This document shows, one piece after another, positions 40,366-49,800 of a DNA stretch of 64,000 bases. The translations under genes were made by a program, and so were the position numbers. Source of the DNA: a virus (Duplodnaviria; Caudoviricetes); the IMG/VR virus record IMGVR_UViG_3300027668_000016, positions 1,718 to 65,717 of that record; one strand, given 5' to 3'. The notes under the pieces were generated by a model that saw only the letters and a program-made list of their open reading frames with translations, made no database searches and was not told the DNA's origin. Numbering within the stretch: position 1 is the stretch's first letter; the number at the start of each line of letters is the position of its first letter.

Positions 40366-41139
40366 TTAAGCTTCTTCCACTTCCCCAAATATAGATTTAA
40401 AATCTACTTTAGCGGGCATTTGTATATTTTGTAACTTTGTTTTTTTAGCGGGTCTACCACCAACGTTCTTAGGTGCTACACTACCTTGTTTTAATTTCGA
40501 CCATCTCTCATTTTCAAATCGAGCTGCCATAATATCAGCTTGGTGCATTACAAATGGTAATGAAGATTTCAATGTGTTATCAGCACTATATGTTATAAAG
40601 TAAGGTTTGTTACCATCATCGTATAACCCATCAGTAAGTTTGATGCCTAAGTATTCTACTTCTGAAATTTCGATTCCGAAATGATTCAACATCCAAAACG
40701 TTCTATCATTAAGATTCATCCAATGCATTGTTGGATTTGTTTTATATACTTTACCTTGGTTTTCAATATGCCATTGTGAATCATTTGGAATATACCAACT
40801 CTCATCAGCGTTTCCAACTTTACCTAAGTCGTGGTGAAGTGCTGTAAAGATTACAGTTTCTCTATCATAATCACCAATACCAATTCCAACTTCTTCGTAC
40901 ATCTCAAAAACCTTAACTGCGTTTTGAGTAACTCTTAATACATGCTCTATATAACCACCAGCAAATGCGTTGTGGAAATGAGCGGTTGATGATGCTGGTG
41001 TTAGTACTATCCTATCCTCAAGATGGTCGTACATTTTGTTAAGGGATTGTAATCTTTCACCTGTGAATGTTTGGTTGATTAACTTTCTGAACTTTGTGTA
41101 GTTCTCAGTAATTTTTGCTTCGTCTAAAATGTGTATCAT
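40366..41139 (-). CDS. HD-domain phosphohydrolase (YhaM-like HD domain)
   Basis: PASS..HFHNAFAGGYIEHVLRV, LHHDLGK, HQAD. Confidence 0.85.
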   Translation of the reverse strand: MIHILDEAKITENYTKFRKLINQTFTGERLQSLNKMYDHLEDRIVLTPASSTAHFHNAFAGGYIEHVLRVTQNAVKVFEMYEEVGIGIGDYDRETVIFTALHHDLGKVGNADESWYIPNDSQWHIENQGKVYKTNPTMHWMNLNDRTFWMLNHFGIEISEVEYLGIKLTDGLYDDGNKPYFITYSADNTLKSSLPFVMHQADIMAARFENERWSKLKQGSVAPKNVGGRPAKKTKLQNIQMPAKVDFKSIFGEVEEA

Positions 41140-41192
41140 AATTTTTAATTTTTATTGTAACTAACTGATTATCGATGAGTTGATGATAGTGA

Positions 41193-41501
41193 TTATGAAT
41201 TAACCACAATTTCATCTAATATCGATAGTAACTCACTCTCTCTGTATATATTGTATGTGTTCTTACCATTCTTATGTTTGAATCCAGTACCATCTAATAA
41301 TACGGTATCACCCACTTTTACACTCATTGGAATCATCTTACCTGTATGTGTATATAATCCCTTTCCTACTGCTATAACAGTACCTGTCATAGTTGTATCG
41401 TTTCCTTGTGGTTTGTATAATCCACCTGATGTTTTATCATCGTTTCTTTTAATAATCTCAATGACTACTCTATCCCCTAAAGGTCTGTATTTTGTTTCCA
41501 T
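41193..41501 (-). CDS. groES: Co-chaperonin GroES
   Basis: RPLGDRVVI, TSGGLY, GTVIAVGKG, PMSVKVGDTVL, RESELL. Confidence 0.92.
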   Translation of the reverse strand: METKYRPLGDRVVIEIIKRNDDKTSGGLYKPQGNDTTMTGTVIAVGKGLYTHTGKMIPMSVKVGDTVLLDGTGFKHKNGKNTYNIYRESELLSILDEIVVNS

Positions 41502-41504
41502 AAC

Positions 41505-42149
41505 TTATATTATTTTATCTATTATTCCTAATTGTAATGCTTCCTCTGAGTTTAGGAAGTAATCTGTTTGTTGGTTATCTGACCACCATTGTTTATCTTT
41601 ATTTGTACATTCAGCCATAATGTTATTACAATCATCTTCTAATGATTCAGCGAATTTAGCATTTGATTTTAAATCAGATAACTTTCCTACTGCATAAGAT
41701 GATAATTGATGTACCATTATTTTAGAATGTTTGGATGCTGCTCTAAGACCTGTTCCTGCTGCTAATAGTAGTGCTGCTGCACTCATTGCCATACCTCTAC
41801 AAACTATGTTAGTTTTAATTCCATCACTTTGGTTTAGGCTTCGGATATAATCTATTAATCCTAATGTTTCAACAACATCCCCACCACCTGAATTTAAAAG
41901 TATAGTTATTGATTTTAGTTCTGAATTAATCTTTTTTAGTAATCTAACCTTTGAAATAATATCAAATGTTAATCCAGCTGATATATCATCTTGAATTAAT
42001 ATAATATTATCTTTAATATCAATACCGTAATCAAACTCTCTAAACTCCTGAAACCACTTTTCCTTTTCTGTTTTTTCTCTTATGATTTCGTAGTTTGTAT
42101 CTATATTACCATTAGTTGTACTTCTACTATCGTTGTATAAATCACTCAT
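41505..42149 (-). CDS. clpP: ClpP-family serine protease
   Basis: LNSGGGDV, AMSAAA (Ser), IMVHQ (His), DYFLNSEEALQLGIIDKI (Asp). Confidence 0.9.
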   Translation of the reverse strand: MSDLYNDSRSTTNGNIDTNYEIIREKTEKEKWFQEFREFDYGIDIKDNIILIQDDISAGLTFDIISKVRLLKKINSELKSITILLNSGGGDVVETLGLIDYIRSLNQSDGIKTNIVCRGMAMSAAALLLAAGTGLRAASKHSKIMVHQLSSYAVGKLSDLKSNAKFAESLEDDCNNIMAECTNKDKQWWSDNQQTDYFLNSEEALQLGIIDKII

Positions 42150-42217
42150 AATACTATAATGTTTTTAATTTGTTAATACAAATATACAAAATTTATTTCA
42201 CATTACCTAATTTATTT

Positions 42218-43237
42218 CTATAAACCTTCGTTCTTTTTTGTTGAGTCACCATAGTTTTTACCATTTGGTTTTTGTTTAGCTTCTCCATATAGTGTTTTTT
42301 TATCAACTTCATGTAATTTTTCTATCTTAACTTTCTTTGGTTCTTTAACTACAATTGGCGTTGTATCATCAACTACCACCACCAACTTTTCTTCTTTTCG
42401 TTTTGGTTCAACTACATTAACATCACCACCTATATATTTGTTTATTGCAATTACCATTGCTACTGCTAATGGGTCAAACACAAATACGATTAGTAACGTA
42501 AACCAATTCACAATTATATCCATCGACTTCCCAGTAATCTTTGATAGATATCTTAATGGTCCTACTTCAGCGGCAACTTCGTTATTAGATTCCATATCTA
42601 ATACTTTTAAATCTAAAGAAGTAATTGAATCTATAAGAGCTTCCATTTTAGTGGATACTATTGACCTCTGTTCCTTAGTCTCTTTCAATTGGGCTTGTAG
42701 AACTCTTCTTGTCGATGATGAGGTAGTTGTAATGATTTCACCTGTCTCTTTATCTTTATACTGAATAGTGTTGTTAGATAACCCCTTAGAGAGTTGTGAT
42801 ATTGATTCATTCAACTGAATCTTTTCTAACTTATAATCAGCTAAAGATTCCGTAAACCTATCTTTCTTTAATTCAACAACTGCCGTTTGTTTATCGATAA
42901 TAGTTAATTGGTCTGATGTGATTTGATAAGATGATGTTAAGAATCCATATATACCTGCTGATGTGATTATCATTAGAACAACGACACCAATAGTTAAGTA
43001 ACTTTTAAATAACCAACCTAACTTAGACCAATTATTATGTAGGTATGATGCTACTACTAATTTAGCGAACTCAAGTGATGTTGCCATAATCATAACTTCG
43101 GTCCTTGCTCCAGCAAATAAGGAACTTAATCCAAACACAGAATAGTAAGCTGCAGATAATGATAACGAAATGGTTGAAATTACCATTAAAACACCAAATC
43201 CAGTTCTCTTAGTAAAAAAGTTATTAACAATTTCCAT
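42218..43237 (-). CDS. Multi-pass membrane protein with coiled coil
   Basis: Three N-terminal TM helices, a coiled coil, and AEVGPLRY...IVFVFDPLAV TM segment. Confidence 0.7.
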   Translation of the reverse strand: MEIVNNFFTKRTGFGVLMVISTISLSLSAAYYSVFGLSSLFAGARTEVMIMATSLEFAKLVVASYLHNNWSKLGWLFKSYLTIGVVVLMIITSAGIYGFLTSSYQITSDQLTIIDKQTAVVELKKDRFTESLADYKLEKIQLNESISQLSKGLSNNTIQYKDKETGEIITTTSSSTRRVLQAQLKETKEQRSIVSTKMEALIDSITSLDLKVLDMESNNEVAAEVGPLRYLSKITGKSMDIIVNWFTLLIVFVFDPLAVAMVIAINKYIGGDVNVVEPKRKEEKLVVVVDDTTPIVVKEPKKVKIEKLHEVDKKTLYGEAKQKPNGKNYGDSTKKNEGL

Positions 43238-43390
43238 ATTTTTTATATATTATTGGTTTTATTAAATTCCTGAATTGTACTTATATATAACTCTATTATC
43301 TTAACATAAGACAATGTTGTTAAAACAACAAACATAACAATAAATATTAAAATAAAAAGAATTAAATAATCAAACAAGCTAAACCCCATA

Positions 43391-44299
43391 TCATGCGTGC
43401 ACGTTTTTGTACTGAGATAGGGTTAATTCTTTCTTTTTAGCTTCTATCATAATATCTACATCTAATCCATAAGTATTTATATATTCTGAAATGTAATCTG
43501 AATGTGCTTGTGGTTTAATCTTATCATTCTCTTCGTGTAATGATTTAGATTCTGAATAATGAACTACAGGCTTAATATCACCCCAAGTACTAGCTGCAAG
43601 TTTAAGAGCTTCTTCTTCTGTTAATCCGCCTGTACAAAACTTATGATGATGATAATCAAATACAATTGGAATACCGATGCGTTCGTGAATGTACATTAAA
43701 TCTGTTACAGAATACATACTAGCCTTATCATCGTTCTCTACTGTCAATCTGTTTTGTGCAGATAGAGGGAGTCTATTAAAGTTCTTACAGAATCTATCCA
43801 TAGCAGTAATCTTATTACCATAGACACCATTACAATGGATATTAATCTTATTGTACGGAGTTTGTGATAATCCCATAAGGTCGAACATTTCAGCATGGTC
43901 TGTTAGCTCATTGATAGTATTTTGTACTACACTATCAGTTGGTGATGGTAATACGTTGAATGGGCCAGGATGAGTTGTAATACGTTGACCGTACTTAGTA
44001 GCAAGAGCACCAGCACCTTCTAATAGGATTTTGATACGATTGGCATGTGGCATATCTGATAACTTATATTCAGAATACCACGGAAATAAACCTGAAGTCA
44101 TTCTAAAGAAGTTAATACCATTTTGATGATTCCATTTGATAATCTCAATCAAATCTCTACAATTCTGAATGGCCAGCTCTGATGCGTATTCTACACCACG
44201 CTCTTTGAACGTTCTCTTAATCATACTACGATTGGTAGTAATTTTGGGTTTCTGTGAACCCAATGTTTCGTTGATACATGCGTATCCTAAATTCTGCAT
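43391..44299 (-). CDS. uvsE: UV damage endonuclease (UvsE/UVDE)
   Basis: LGYACIN, FFRMTS.LFP, HPGPFNVL, INIH.NG.YG, ENDDK, FDYHHH, HYSES, AHSDY, EAKKKE. Confidence 0.95.
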   Translation of the reverse strand: MQNLGYACINETLGSQKPKITTNRSMIKRTFKERGVEYASELAIQNCRDLIEIIKWNHQNGINFFRMTSGLFPWYSEYKLSDMPHANRIKILLEGAGALATKYGQRITTHPGPFNVLPSPTDSVVQNTINELTDHAEMFDLMGLSQTPYNKINIHCNGVYGNKITAMDRFCKNFNRLPLSAQNRLTVENDDKASMYSVTDLMYIHERIGIPIVFDYHHHKFCTGGLTEEEALKLAASTWGDIKPVVHYSESKSLHEENDKIKPQAHSDYISEYINTYGLDVDIMIEAKKKELTLSQYKNVHA

Positions 44300-44334
44300 A
44301 TTGTTTATTTTTAATGTTTAACTATTAATTTTTA

Positions 44335-44398
44335 TTACTATGTAAATGTAAGATTAAAATGTGGTATTACCAAACTTCCAATGTTAACAAATTGTTAA
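44335..44398 (-). promoter_or_regulatory. Early promoter cassette (uvsE)
   Basis: TTAACAATTTGTTAACATTGGAAGTTTGG-N-TACATTTACATAGTAA; member of a ~10-copy family. Confidence 0.75.
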
Positions 44399-44408
44399 GT
44401 TTTGGGCA

Positions 44409-44439
44409 TAAAAAAAGGGAACTTAATTAAAAGCCCCCT
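44409..44439 (-). terminator. Probable intrinsic terminator
   Basis: Minus strand AGGGGGCTT..AAGTTCCC followed by a T-run, downstream of 44447..44650. Confidence 0.55.
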
Positions 44440-44446
44440 CATTTAG

Positions 44447-44650
44447 TTAATCAGTTACTATGTTATCTTCTTCAATCGGTTCAACATCTACAATTTCTTC
44501 ACAGAAATAGAAATAAGGTTCTTTTTTAAAAACCCTATCGGCTCTAAGATGTTCTCGCCACGTATCTACAATAGGACTATCTGAAATTCTGATTTTCCTT
44601 AGAACAATGTACAAAGTATCCGAAATATTTATAACTTCTTTACATAACAT
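44447..44650 (-). CDS. Hypothetical protein
   Basis: 67-aa ORF coupled to the Hsp20 gene. Confidence 0.55.
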   Translation of the reverse strand: MLCKEVINISDTLYIVLRKIRISDSPIVDTWREHLRADRVFKKEPYFYFCEEIVDVEPIEEDNIVTD

Positions 44651-44997
44651 TATTTAACTGATATTGTTTTTACCTTATCCTCATTTCTAATAGATGGTGG
44701 TATTGATATAGTAAGTACACCATTAAGAACTTCAGCGGTTGCATTAAGTACATCCCATCTTTCTTGAATGTTGTATTCTTTATTAAGTGTTCTACCATTA
44801 GCTTCACCATTAATAAATAATCTATTCCCAGCCGATTTTATTGTGACTGTATTTTTGGAAAAGCCTGGAACATCAAATTCCATATTTAGCATCCCATCTT
44901 TATCTATATTCATATTATCCGAAATCGATTTGGGAATATGATTGTTTTTACTTTGATAGTTTAGCCTATCAATCAATGTATCTATGTTGTAATTCAT
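44650..44997 (-). CDS. Small heat-shock protein (Hsp20)
   Basis: DVPGFSKN.V.I, L.ING, AEVLNGVLTISIP. Confidence 0.85.
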   Translation of the reverse strand: MNYNIDTLIDRLNYQSKNNHIPKSISDNMNIDKDGMLNMEFDVPGFSKNTVTIKSAGNRLFINGEANGRTLNKEYNIQERWDVLNATAEVLNGVLTISIPPSIRNEDKVKTISVK

Positions 44998-45097
44998 AAT
45001 AACTTTGTTTTAGTTTAATAATTTATAGTATGTAATGTTCAAATGATGTACCATAATTGTACATCGGAAATATTGTCATATGGTTTATGACAAATGG

Positions 45098-45478
45098 TCA
45101 GTTAACTGATATTGGAATACCAGAACCTATTATTTTATAATTTAGAGAAACCTCACCATTATCTGACATGGATACTTTTTTATCTGAAAGAATCATACCA
45201 TCCATTACCATAGTAGTTACAACCTTATTCAAAAGTTCAACTGAAGCACCCGTTATTGAAAGGTAACCTGATTTATCAATTAGTGCTGTTACTTCTTGTC
45301 TAATTGGAATATCATCATCAAACTCATCAAATTCAAAATCGCTATCATCATCTAGTCCATCATATTCGTATTGAAAATCACCCAACATTAAATCATACAG
45401 ATACATTAACTTATCAGTATCATCTAATGTATTAAAGAAATTGTATTCTACGTTATCCCAATAATTGTCATCATCCAT
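45098..45478 (-). CDS. Acidic hypothetical protein
   Basis: Likely start MDDDNYW at 45478; D/E-rich. Confidence 0.55.
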   Translation of the reverse strand: MDDDNYWDNVEYNFFNTLDDTDKLMYLYDLMLGDFQYEYDGLDDDSDFEFDEFDDDIPIRQEVTALIDKSGYLSITGASVELLNKVVTTMVMDGMILSDKKVSMSDNGEVSLNYKIIGSGIPISVN

Positions 45479-45486
45479 AATAGTCC

Positions 45487-45675
45487 TTATTTTAAAGATT
45501 CTAAATATATTTGATACGCCAACCATGCGGGCTCAGGTCCGAATTGTAAAAAGTAATCGTTTCTCAACATATACAGTTTTAATTTAGAAAGGAGGGTATC
45601 TTCTTCGTACTTACTTATGATTTCATATAAACCATTCCTGTGTTCATCATCTGTTATTAGTTCTATTACTTTCAT
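45487..45675 (-). CDS. Hypothetical protein
   Basis: 62-aa ORF in the co-oriented run. Confidence 0.5.
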   Translation of the reverse strand: MKVIELITDDEHRNGLYEIISKYEEDTLLSKLKLYMLRNDYFLQFGPEPAWLAYQIYLESLK

Positions 45676-45688
45676 GTATATAAGTATC

Positions 45689-46114
45689 TTAGATTATTCC
45701 TTTTGTTTTATATAATTTGTTTAAATATTTTAAAACCTCTTTTGGAACAACGGTTCGCTTGGTAGAAATGTGCTCAACCAATACGTTTAAAAATTGATGT
45801 ATGTGTTCAAACTCAACTGAACTCTGTATACTTTTATGCAACATATTAATTCTATCAAGCATCTTATCCACATATTCATCACTTACATTATCAGATGATT
45901 CTAAATAATTAGACACCATATATCTCATAGAAAACCATAACTGTGGTTTAGCATCTGTTGTAATACAGTTCTTTAAAACAGTATTTACAAACTCTTCTAA
46001 AGATAATATGGATGGGACTGATTGTTCAAACTTTTTATAGGAGACCCAATCACGAGCGTTCTTCATTTCTGGGTCTCCATTTCCAAGTTGATTAAACAAT
46101 TCATTAGAGTTCAT
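45689..46114 (-). CDS. Hypothetical protein
   Basis: 141-aa ORF in the co-oriented run. Confidence 0.55.
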   Translation of the reverse strand: MNSNELFNQLGNGDPEMKNARDWVSYKKFEQSVPSILSLEEFVNTVLKNCITTDAKPQLWFSMRYMVSNYLESSDNVSDEYVDKMLDRINMLHKSIQSSVEFEHIHQFLNVLVEHISTKRTVVPKEVLKYLNKLYKTKGII

Positions 46115-46395
46115 TAGAACATACCTAATTTCTGCTTTTGCCTAATAATATGTTGTGCATCTAATAACATTTCCATTACTTTATTACACTCTGAGTAGGT
46201 TAGTTCTATATAACGGTTACCTACCATTAAGCTACCTATTGATTTTGACCTATCTTTAATATTCATTGCTGTTAATGAATTTGACATTTCAAAATTAATT
46301 GAACTGTAATTCTTACCTAATTTATCAAACCGTTCTTGCGTTTTATTATCAAGTGGTGTTATTTGGTTAACATAGGATTTTCTTTCGTGATTCAT
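46114..46395 (-). CDS. Hypothetical protein
   Basis: 93-aa ORF preceded by the ATATTTAT motif. Confidence 0.55.
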   Translation of the reverse strand: MNHERKSYVNQITPLDNKTQERFDKLGKNYSSINFEMSNSLTAMNIKDRSKSIGSLMVGNRYIELTYSECNKVMEMLLDAQHIIRQKQKLGMF

Positions 46396-46451
46396 AACTA
46401 CTAATTTAAATTATACATTTATTATAAATATGAAATCAGTATTAATAAAAC

Positions 46452-46751
46452 CTATTTAACCTTTTTATTTCTTTTAGAAATCCTATTAAATTTCTTTTCG
46501 AAATCAATTGTACTAAGTCTTTTCGGATTTGTTCGTTGAATATTTTTATCAATACGAATTATTTCACCTAACCAATGCCAGGCTAATACCACAGTCGATT
46601 GTGCCGGTATCATATATTCAGAGGTAAGGGAATTACCCTCACCATCTGATACATAATATAAACCACCACTAGTCATCTTTGTTAAAGCATTAGGAAATTC
46701 CTTTAGTATTTTCTTTTTTAATCGCTTAAACTTTGCTATATCAATTTTCAT
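46452..46751 (-). CDS. Basic hypothetical protein
   Basis: 99-aa ORF in the co-oriented run. Confidence 0.55.
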   Translation of the reverse strand: MKIDIAKFKRLKKKILKEFPNALTKMTSGGLYYVSDGEGNSLTSEYMIPAQSTVVLAWHWLGEIIRIDKNIQRTNPKRLSTIDFEKKFNRISKRNKKVK

Positions 46752-46754
46752 CTT

Positions 46755-46967
46755 CTATTTGTTATTAAATACTTTAGTCATAACTGAATTTATATAGACG
46801 TCAGAATCACCCATTACAGAAACACCAACTAAAACTTTACCATCTTCCATCTCTACATTGTGTACGATATTATTTAAGGAAACTGCTCGTTCTACAATCT
46901 TACCCACCTTATGTTTTTTAAAGATGGTAACTACTACGGTAGTCCCTAATTCGTAATTTAAATCCAT
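46755..46967 (-). CDS. Small SH3/KOW-like beta protein
   Basis: Y.LG..VVV..K.GKIV..V.MEDG pattern. Confidence 0.5.
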   Translation of the reverse strand: MDLNYELGTTVVVTIFKKHKVGKIVERAVSLNNIVHNVEMEDGKVLVGVSVMGDSDVYINSVMTKVFNNK

Positions 46968-47167
46968 TACGATATAACTTTAATAATTTTGGTTTCATTA
47001 ACGTGAGTTACTTCAAACTCCAATCCATCGTTCTTAAACTCTTCATGTACTTTTGCTTCTGCATCTGTTACGGATACGGCATGAACACAATACTGTTCTA
47101 CTATTTTCTTTTGTCTACCCTTATCATCGGTAGTTACTACTTTTACTTTTGCGATATAATACTTCAT
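46967..47167 (-). CDS. DUF4494-like small protein (Bacteroidota family)
   Basis: Y.AKVK..DDKGRQKKIVEQYCVHAVSVTDAEAKV...ETKI. Confidence 0.7.
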   Translation of the reverse strand: MKYYIAKVKVVTTDDKGRQKKIVEQYCVHAVSVTDAEAKVHEEFKNDGLEFEVTHVNETKIIKVIS

Positions 47168-47180
47168 AATTGTTTTGATT

Positions 47181-47579
47181 TTAATTGTTATACTTAATGT
47201 TAAATTTAGATTCTAATTCTTCTTCTGTAACCATTTCATACGAACCATTACAGTTAGTATCTTCCATGTCTTCACATATGGTATGGAAATATTGAATATA
47301 GGTATCACCATCCTTCTGTCTTCCAGATGGAATAACCAACATCCACAATGGTAAATTAACCGATTTAAACGATTTAAATTCACGTGGACCAATTTCATCA
47401 GGCCCTTTATTAAATCTCACTCGCAACTGTGTATAGTAGTCCTCATCTAACTCTGTCCACTCCTGCTCATTCATAAGGAACAATTCTGATTCATCCATTG
47501 CTTTAGCCATACCTTCTTTTTCAGCTTCTGTTAGCGTACTCCAGTATTCATCTGGAATTATGTTTTCTTCTTTCTTCAT
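47181..47579 (-). CDS. Acidic hypothetical protein
   Basis: 132-aa ORF in the co-oriented run. Confidence 0.55.
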   Translation of the reverse strand: MKKEENIIPDEYWSTLTEAEKEGMAKAMDESELFLMNEQEWTELDEDYYTQLRVRFNKGPDEIGPREFKSFKSVNLPLWMLVIPSGRQKDGDTYIQYFHTICEDMEDTNCNGSYEMVTEEELESKFNIKYNN

Positions 47580-47584
47580 ATCAT

Positions 47585-47905
47585 TTATTTATTTTGGTTC
47601 ATTGTATATCCAACTTCACCACTTTTTGTTAATACTTCTTTTACAATACCCTTATCTTTTAAGCTGTCAATAGTATTATCAACATTCTCTTTAATTATAT
47701 TTCGGGTAAGATTAATTACTGCATCCATTACAAGATTAAATAACTCATCTTCTGTGTTTGCTTTCGATATAAAATCAGAAGTTTCTAATATCTTATAGAA
47801 CCTTACTTTAAATTTATGTTTATCGATAAACTCATTCTCAAAATAATTATCATCATTCAAATCATTAAAGATAGTATCTGCTAAGTGTTTATTATTAAAT
47901 TCCAT
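47585..47905 (-). CDS. Hypothetical protein
   Basis: 106-aa ORF; C-terminal LKDKGIV..GEVGY resembles a winged-helix end. Confidence 0.55.
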   Translation of the reverse strand: MEFNNKHLADTIFNDLNDDNYFENEFIDKHKFKVRFYKILETSDFISKANTEDELFNLVMDAVINLTRNIIKENVDNTIDSLKDKGIVKEVLTKSGEVGYTMNQNK

Positions 47906-48071
47906 AATCTCCCTTTATACCGTATTTATTTAATGTTTTAATATTATCTTTAGTGATAAACATTCGGTTTTTCCATATGGATTCCAAACAATTTAACAAT
48001 TCTTTTTCAGTATATGTTTCCGCTGCAGCGTTTTGTAACGTATCATTCGGATTTAAGTTTAATTTACTCAT
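47895..48071 (-). CDS. Hypothetical protein
   Basis: Likely start MSKLNL at 48071. Confidence 0.45.
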   Translation of the reverse strand: MSKLNLNPNDTLQNAAAETYTEKELLNCLESIWKNRMFITKDNIKTLNKYGIKGDYGI

Positions 48072-48142
48072 AATTTTATTATAATAGAAAGTGAACTCCA
48101 TCCCATTTAGCTGAAGGTCACTCTCAGTAGTTAAATATTAAA

Positions 48143-49408
48143 TTAAAATGGGTTATCTAATGTATCATCATTTACATTGAAGAGGTCTTCTTTTTCGGTA
48201 GTACCAACAAACTTTTGAACAAACTGACGAATGTAAGTTCGTTCTGATTGTGCTCCACCAGCATCATCAAATAATGGGTAGATAGTAATCTCAGCTGCAT
48301 CTTCCAAAGTAAACCCATCGTAAAGTAGTGACCCAATCTCAACTGCTGTACGAGTCGAAAGTGAATTAGTAAGTTGTGGTGTTTCCTTCTTAACTTCTGA
48401 ACGAGTCATAGAAGTGATTTCAGCAACATTGGTAATTTGAGTTAAATCAACAGATGGGTACATCATACTAAGTAGACTTGTTTCCTCATCTTTAGTTAAA
48501 GTGTCCATTTCGATAATTTGAAATCTATCAACAATTGCTCTATCCAATTGTCGAGTGGCGGTGTATTCATTACCAATGTTAGCAGAAGCGATAAAGGAAA
48601 CACCTTCAGCAACTTTCACAACAGGTGAATCAGCTGCCTCATCTAAACGTAAATAACGTTGCCCAACATCCAAAACACTCATCAGAATGTTGTGAGCCTC
48701 AGGATGTGCTCTCGTAATCTCATCCAATACAATAACTGTATTTGGAGTTTGAATTGCCTGAACAAATGGTGATGGTGAAAACACAGTTCCTTTTTTAGTA
48801 TCGAATTGTGTATTACCGATTAACGTAGCCCGTGGGTCTTGCGTTGAACCTAAGTTGAAGATTTCCATTTGGTAACCCTCAATTGAATTAGCAGCTGCCT
48901 TAGCGGCCATTGTTTTACCACAACCAGCTGGTCCGGTCATCATAATGTTCTTACCTCTAATGATATTACGGATAAGATATTTCCACTTCAATTCGTTCAT
49001 AAACAACATTTGTGGTTTTAAATCCTTAGCTTCATTATGAATAAAGTTAAAGAACTCATCTTCTAATGGAGCGGTAACAACCTCTGCAGCTGTTGGTGTT
49101 GATTTCATTTGGTATTGTTCCAACCCACCATTTGGTTTGTTGAAATTCCCAACAGGCTTAGAACCGTTAAACTTCTCACCTGGCACTCTTCCAAACTCAA
49201 TTGAACCTTCGGTAAGGTTACCACTCACACGTACCTTAAAACAATACTTAGTGGGGTTGTTGGAGGCTGCAACTGCTCTCTTATATAGAGAACTACCAAC
49301 CTCATTTAGTTGAGGGACTAAAAATTCAACACCATTGGAATCTACCAATATTAACTCTTTGTTCTCATTTCGAACAACTTTACAAAATACGCTTCTTTGT
49401 GCTTTCAT
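48143..49408 (-). CDS. MoxR/CbbQ/CobS-type AAA+ ATPase
   Basis: Walker A GPAGCGKT, Walker B VLDEITR, sensor ASAN, LDRAIVDRF, STR. Confidence 0.92.
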   Translation of the reverse strand: MKAQRSVFCKVVRNENKELILVDSNGVEFLVPQLNEVGSSLYKRAVAASNNPTKYCFKVRVSGNLTEGSIEFGRVPGEKFNGSKPVGNFNKPNGGLEQYQMKSTPTAAEVVTAPLEDEFFNFIHNEAKDLKPQMLFMNELKWKYLIRNIIRGKNIMMTGPAGCGKTMAAKAAANSIEGYQMEIFNLGSTQDPRATLIGNTQFDTKKGTVFSPSPFVQAIQTPNTVIVLDEITRAHPEAHNILMSVLDVGQRYLRLDEAADSPVVKVAEGVSFIASANIGNEYTATRQLDRAIVDRFQIIEMDTLTKDEETSLLSMMYPSVDLTQITNVAEITSMTRSEVKKETPQLTNSLSTRTAVEIGSLLYDGFTLEDAAEITIYPLFDDAGGAQSERTYIRQFVQKFVGTTEKEDLFNVNDDTLDNPF

Positions 49409-49454
49409 ATATAATTATTTTTTAATTTTTAATTGGGTTAAACCTTAACCCCTT

Positions 49455-49520
49455 ATTACCTTACTAAGATACGACAATTATTTTGATTTACCAAACTTTC
49501 AATGTTAAGAAATTGTTAAT
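49455..49520 (-). promoter_or_regulatory. Early promoter cassette (AAA+ ATPase)
   Basis: TTAACAATTTCTTAACATTGAAAGTTTGG-N-CGTATCTTAG. Confidence 0.75.
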
Positions 49521-49526
49521 TCTTAT

Positions 49527-49676
49527 TTACTTTTTTACTTTTTTAAATCCTTTACCACATCCACAAGTCCAAGTGTTTATTCCTAAAGTTGGTTTTTCAC
49601 AATCGCAATACTCCGATTCTATTTGCTTCTTTGTCAAATAAGTTCCTGTCATTTTATTAAATTTTAGTTCTTTCAT
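49527..49676 (-). CDS. 49-aa Cys-rich (CxC...CxC) microprotein
   Basis: Hand translation MKELKFNKMTGTYLTKKQIESEYCDCEKPTLGINTWTCGCGKGFKKVKK, directly behind its own promoter cassette. Confidence 0.6.
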   Translation of the reverse strand: MKELKFNKMTGTYLTKKQIESEYCDCEKPTLGINTWTCGCGKGFKKVKK

Positions 49677-49695
49677 AACTCTTAATTTTTAACTT

Positions 49696-49799
49696 TTAAT
49701 AGGGATAACTAACCCCCCTTTCTTATTACATAATAAAGATACTATTAATAATTGGATTTACCAAGCGTTTTTGTACTTATTTTAAAAAGTTATTAACAA
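49696..49799 (-). promoter_or_regulatory. Early promoter cassette with leader hairpin
   Basis: TTGTTAATAACTTT...TTGG-N-GTATCTTTATTATGTAATAAG; 47 nt identical to 63703..63749. Confidence 0.7.
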
Positions 49800-49800
49800 T

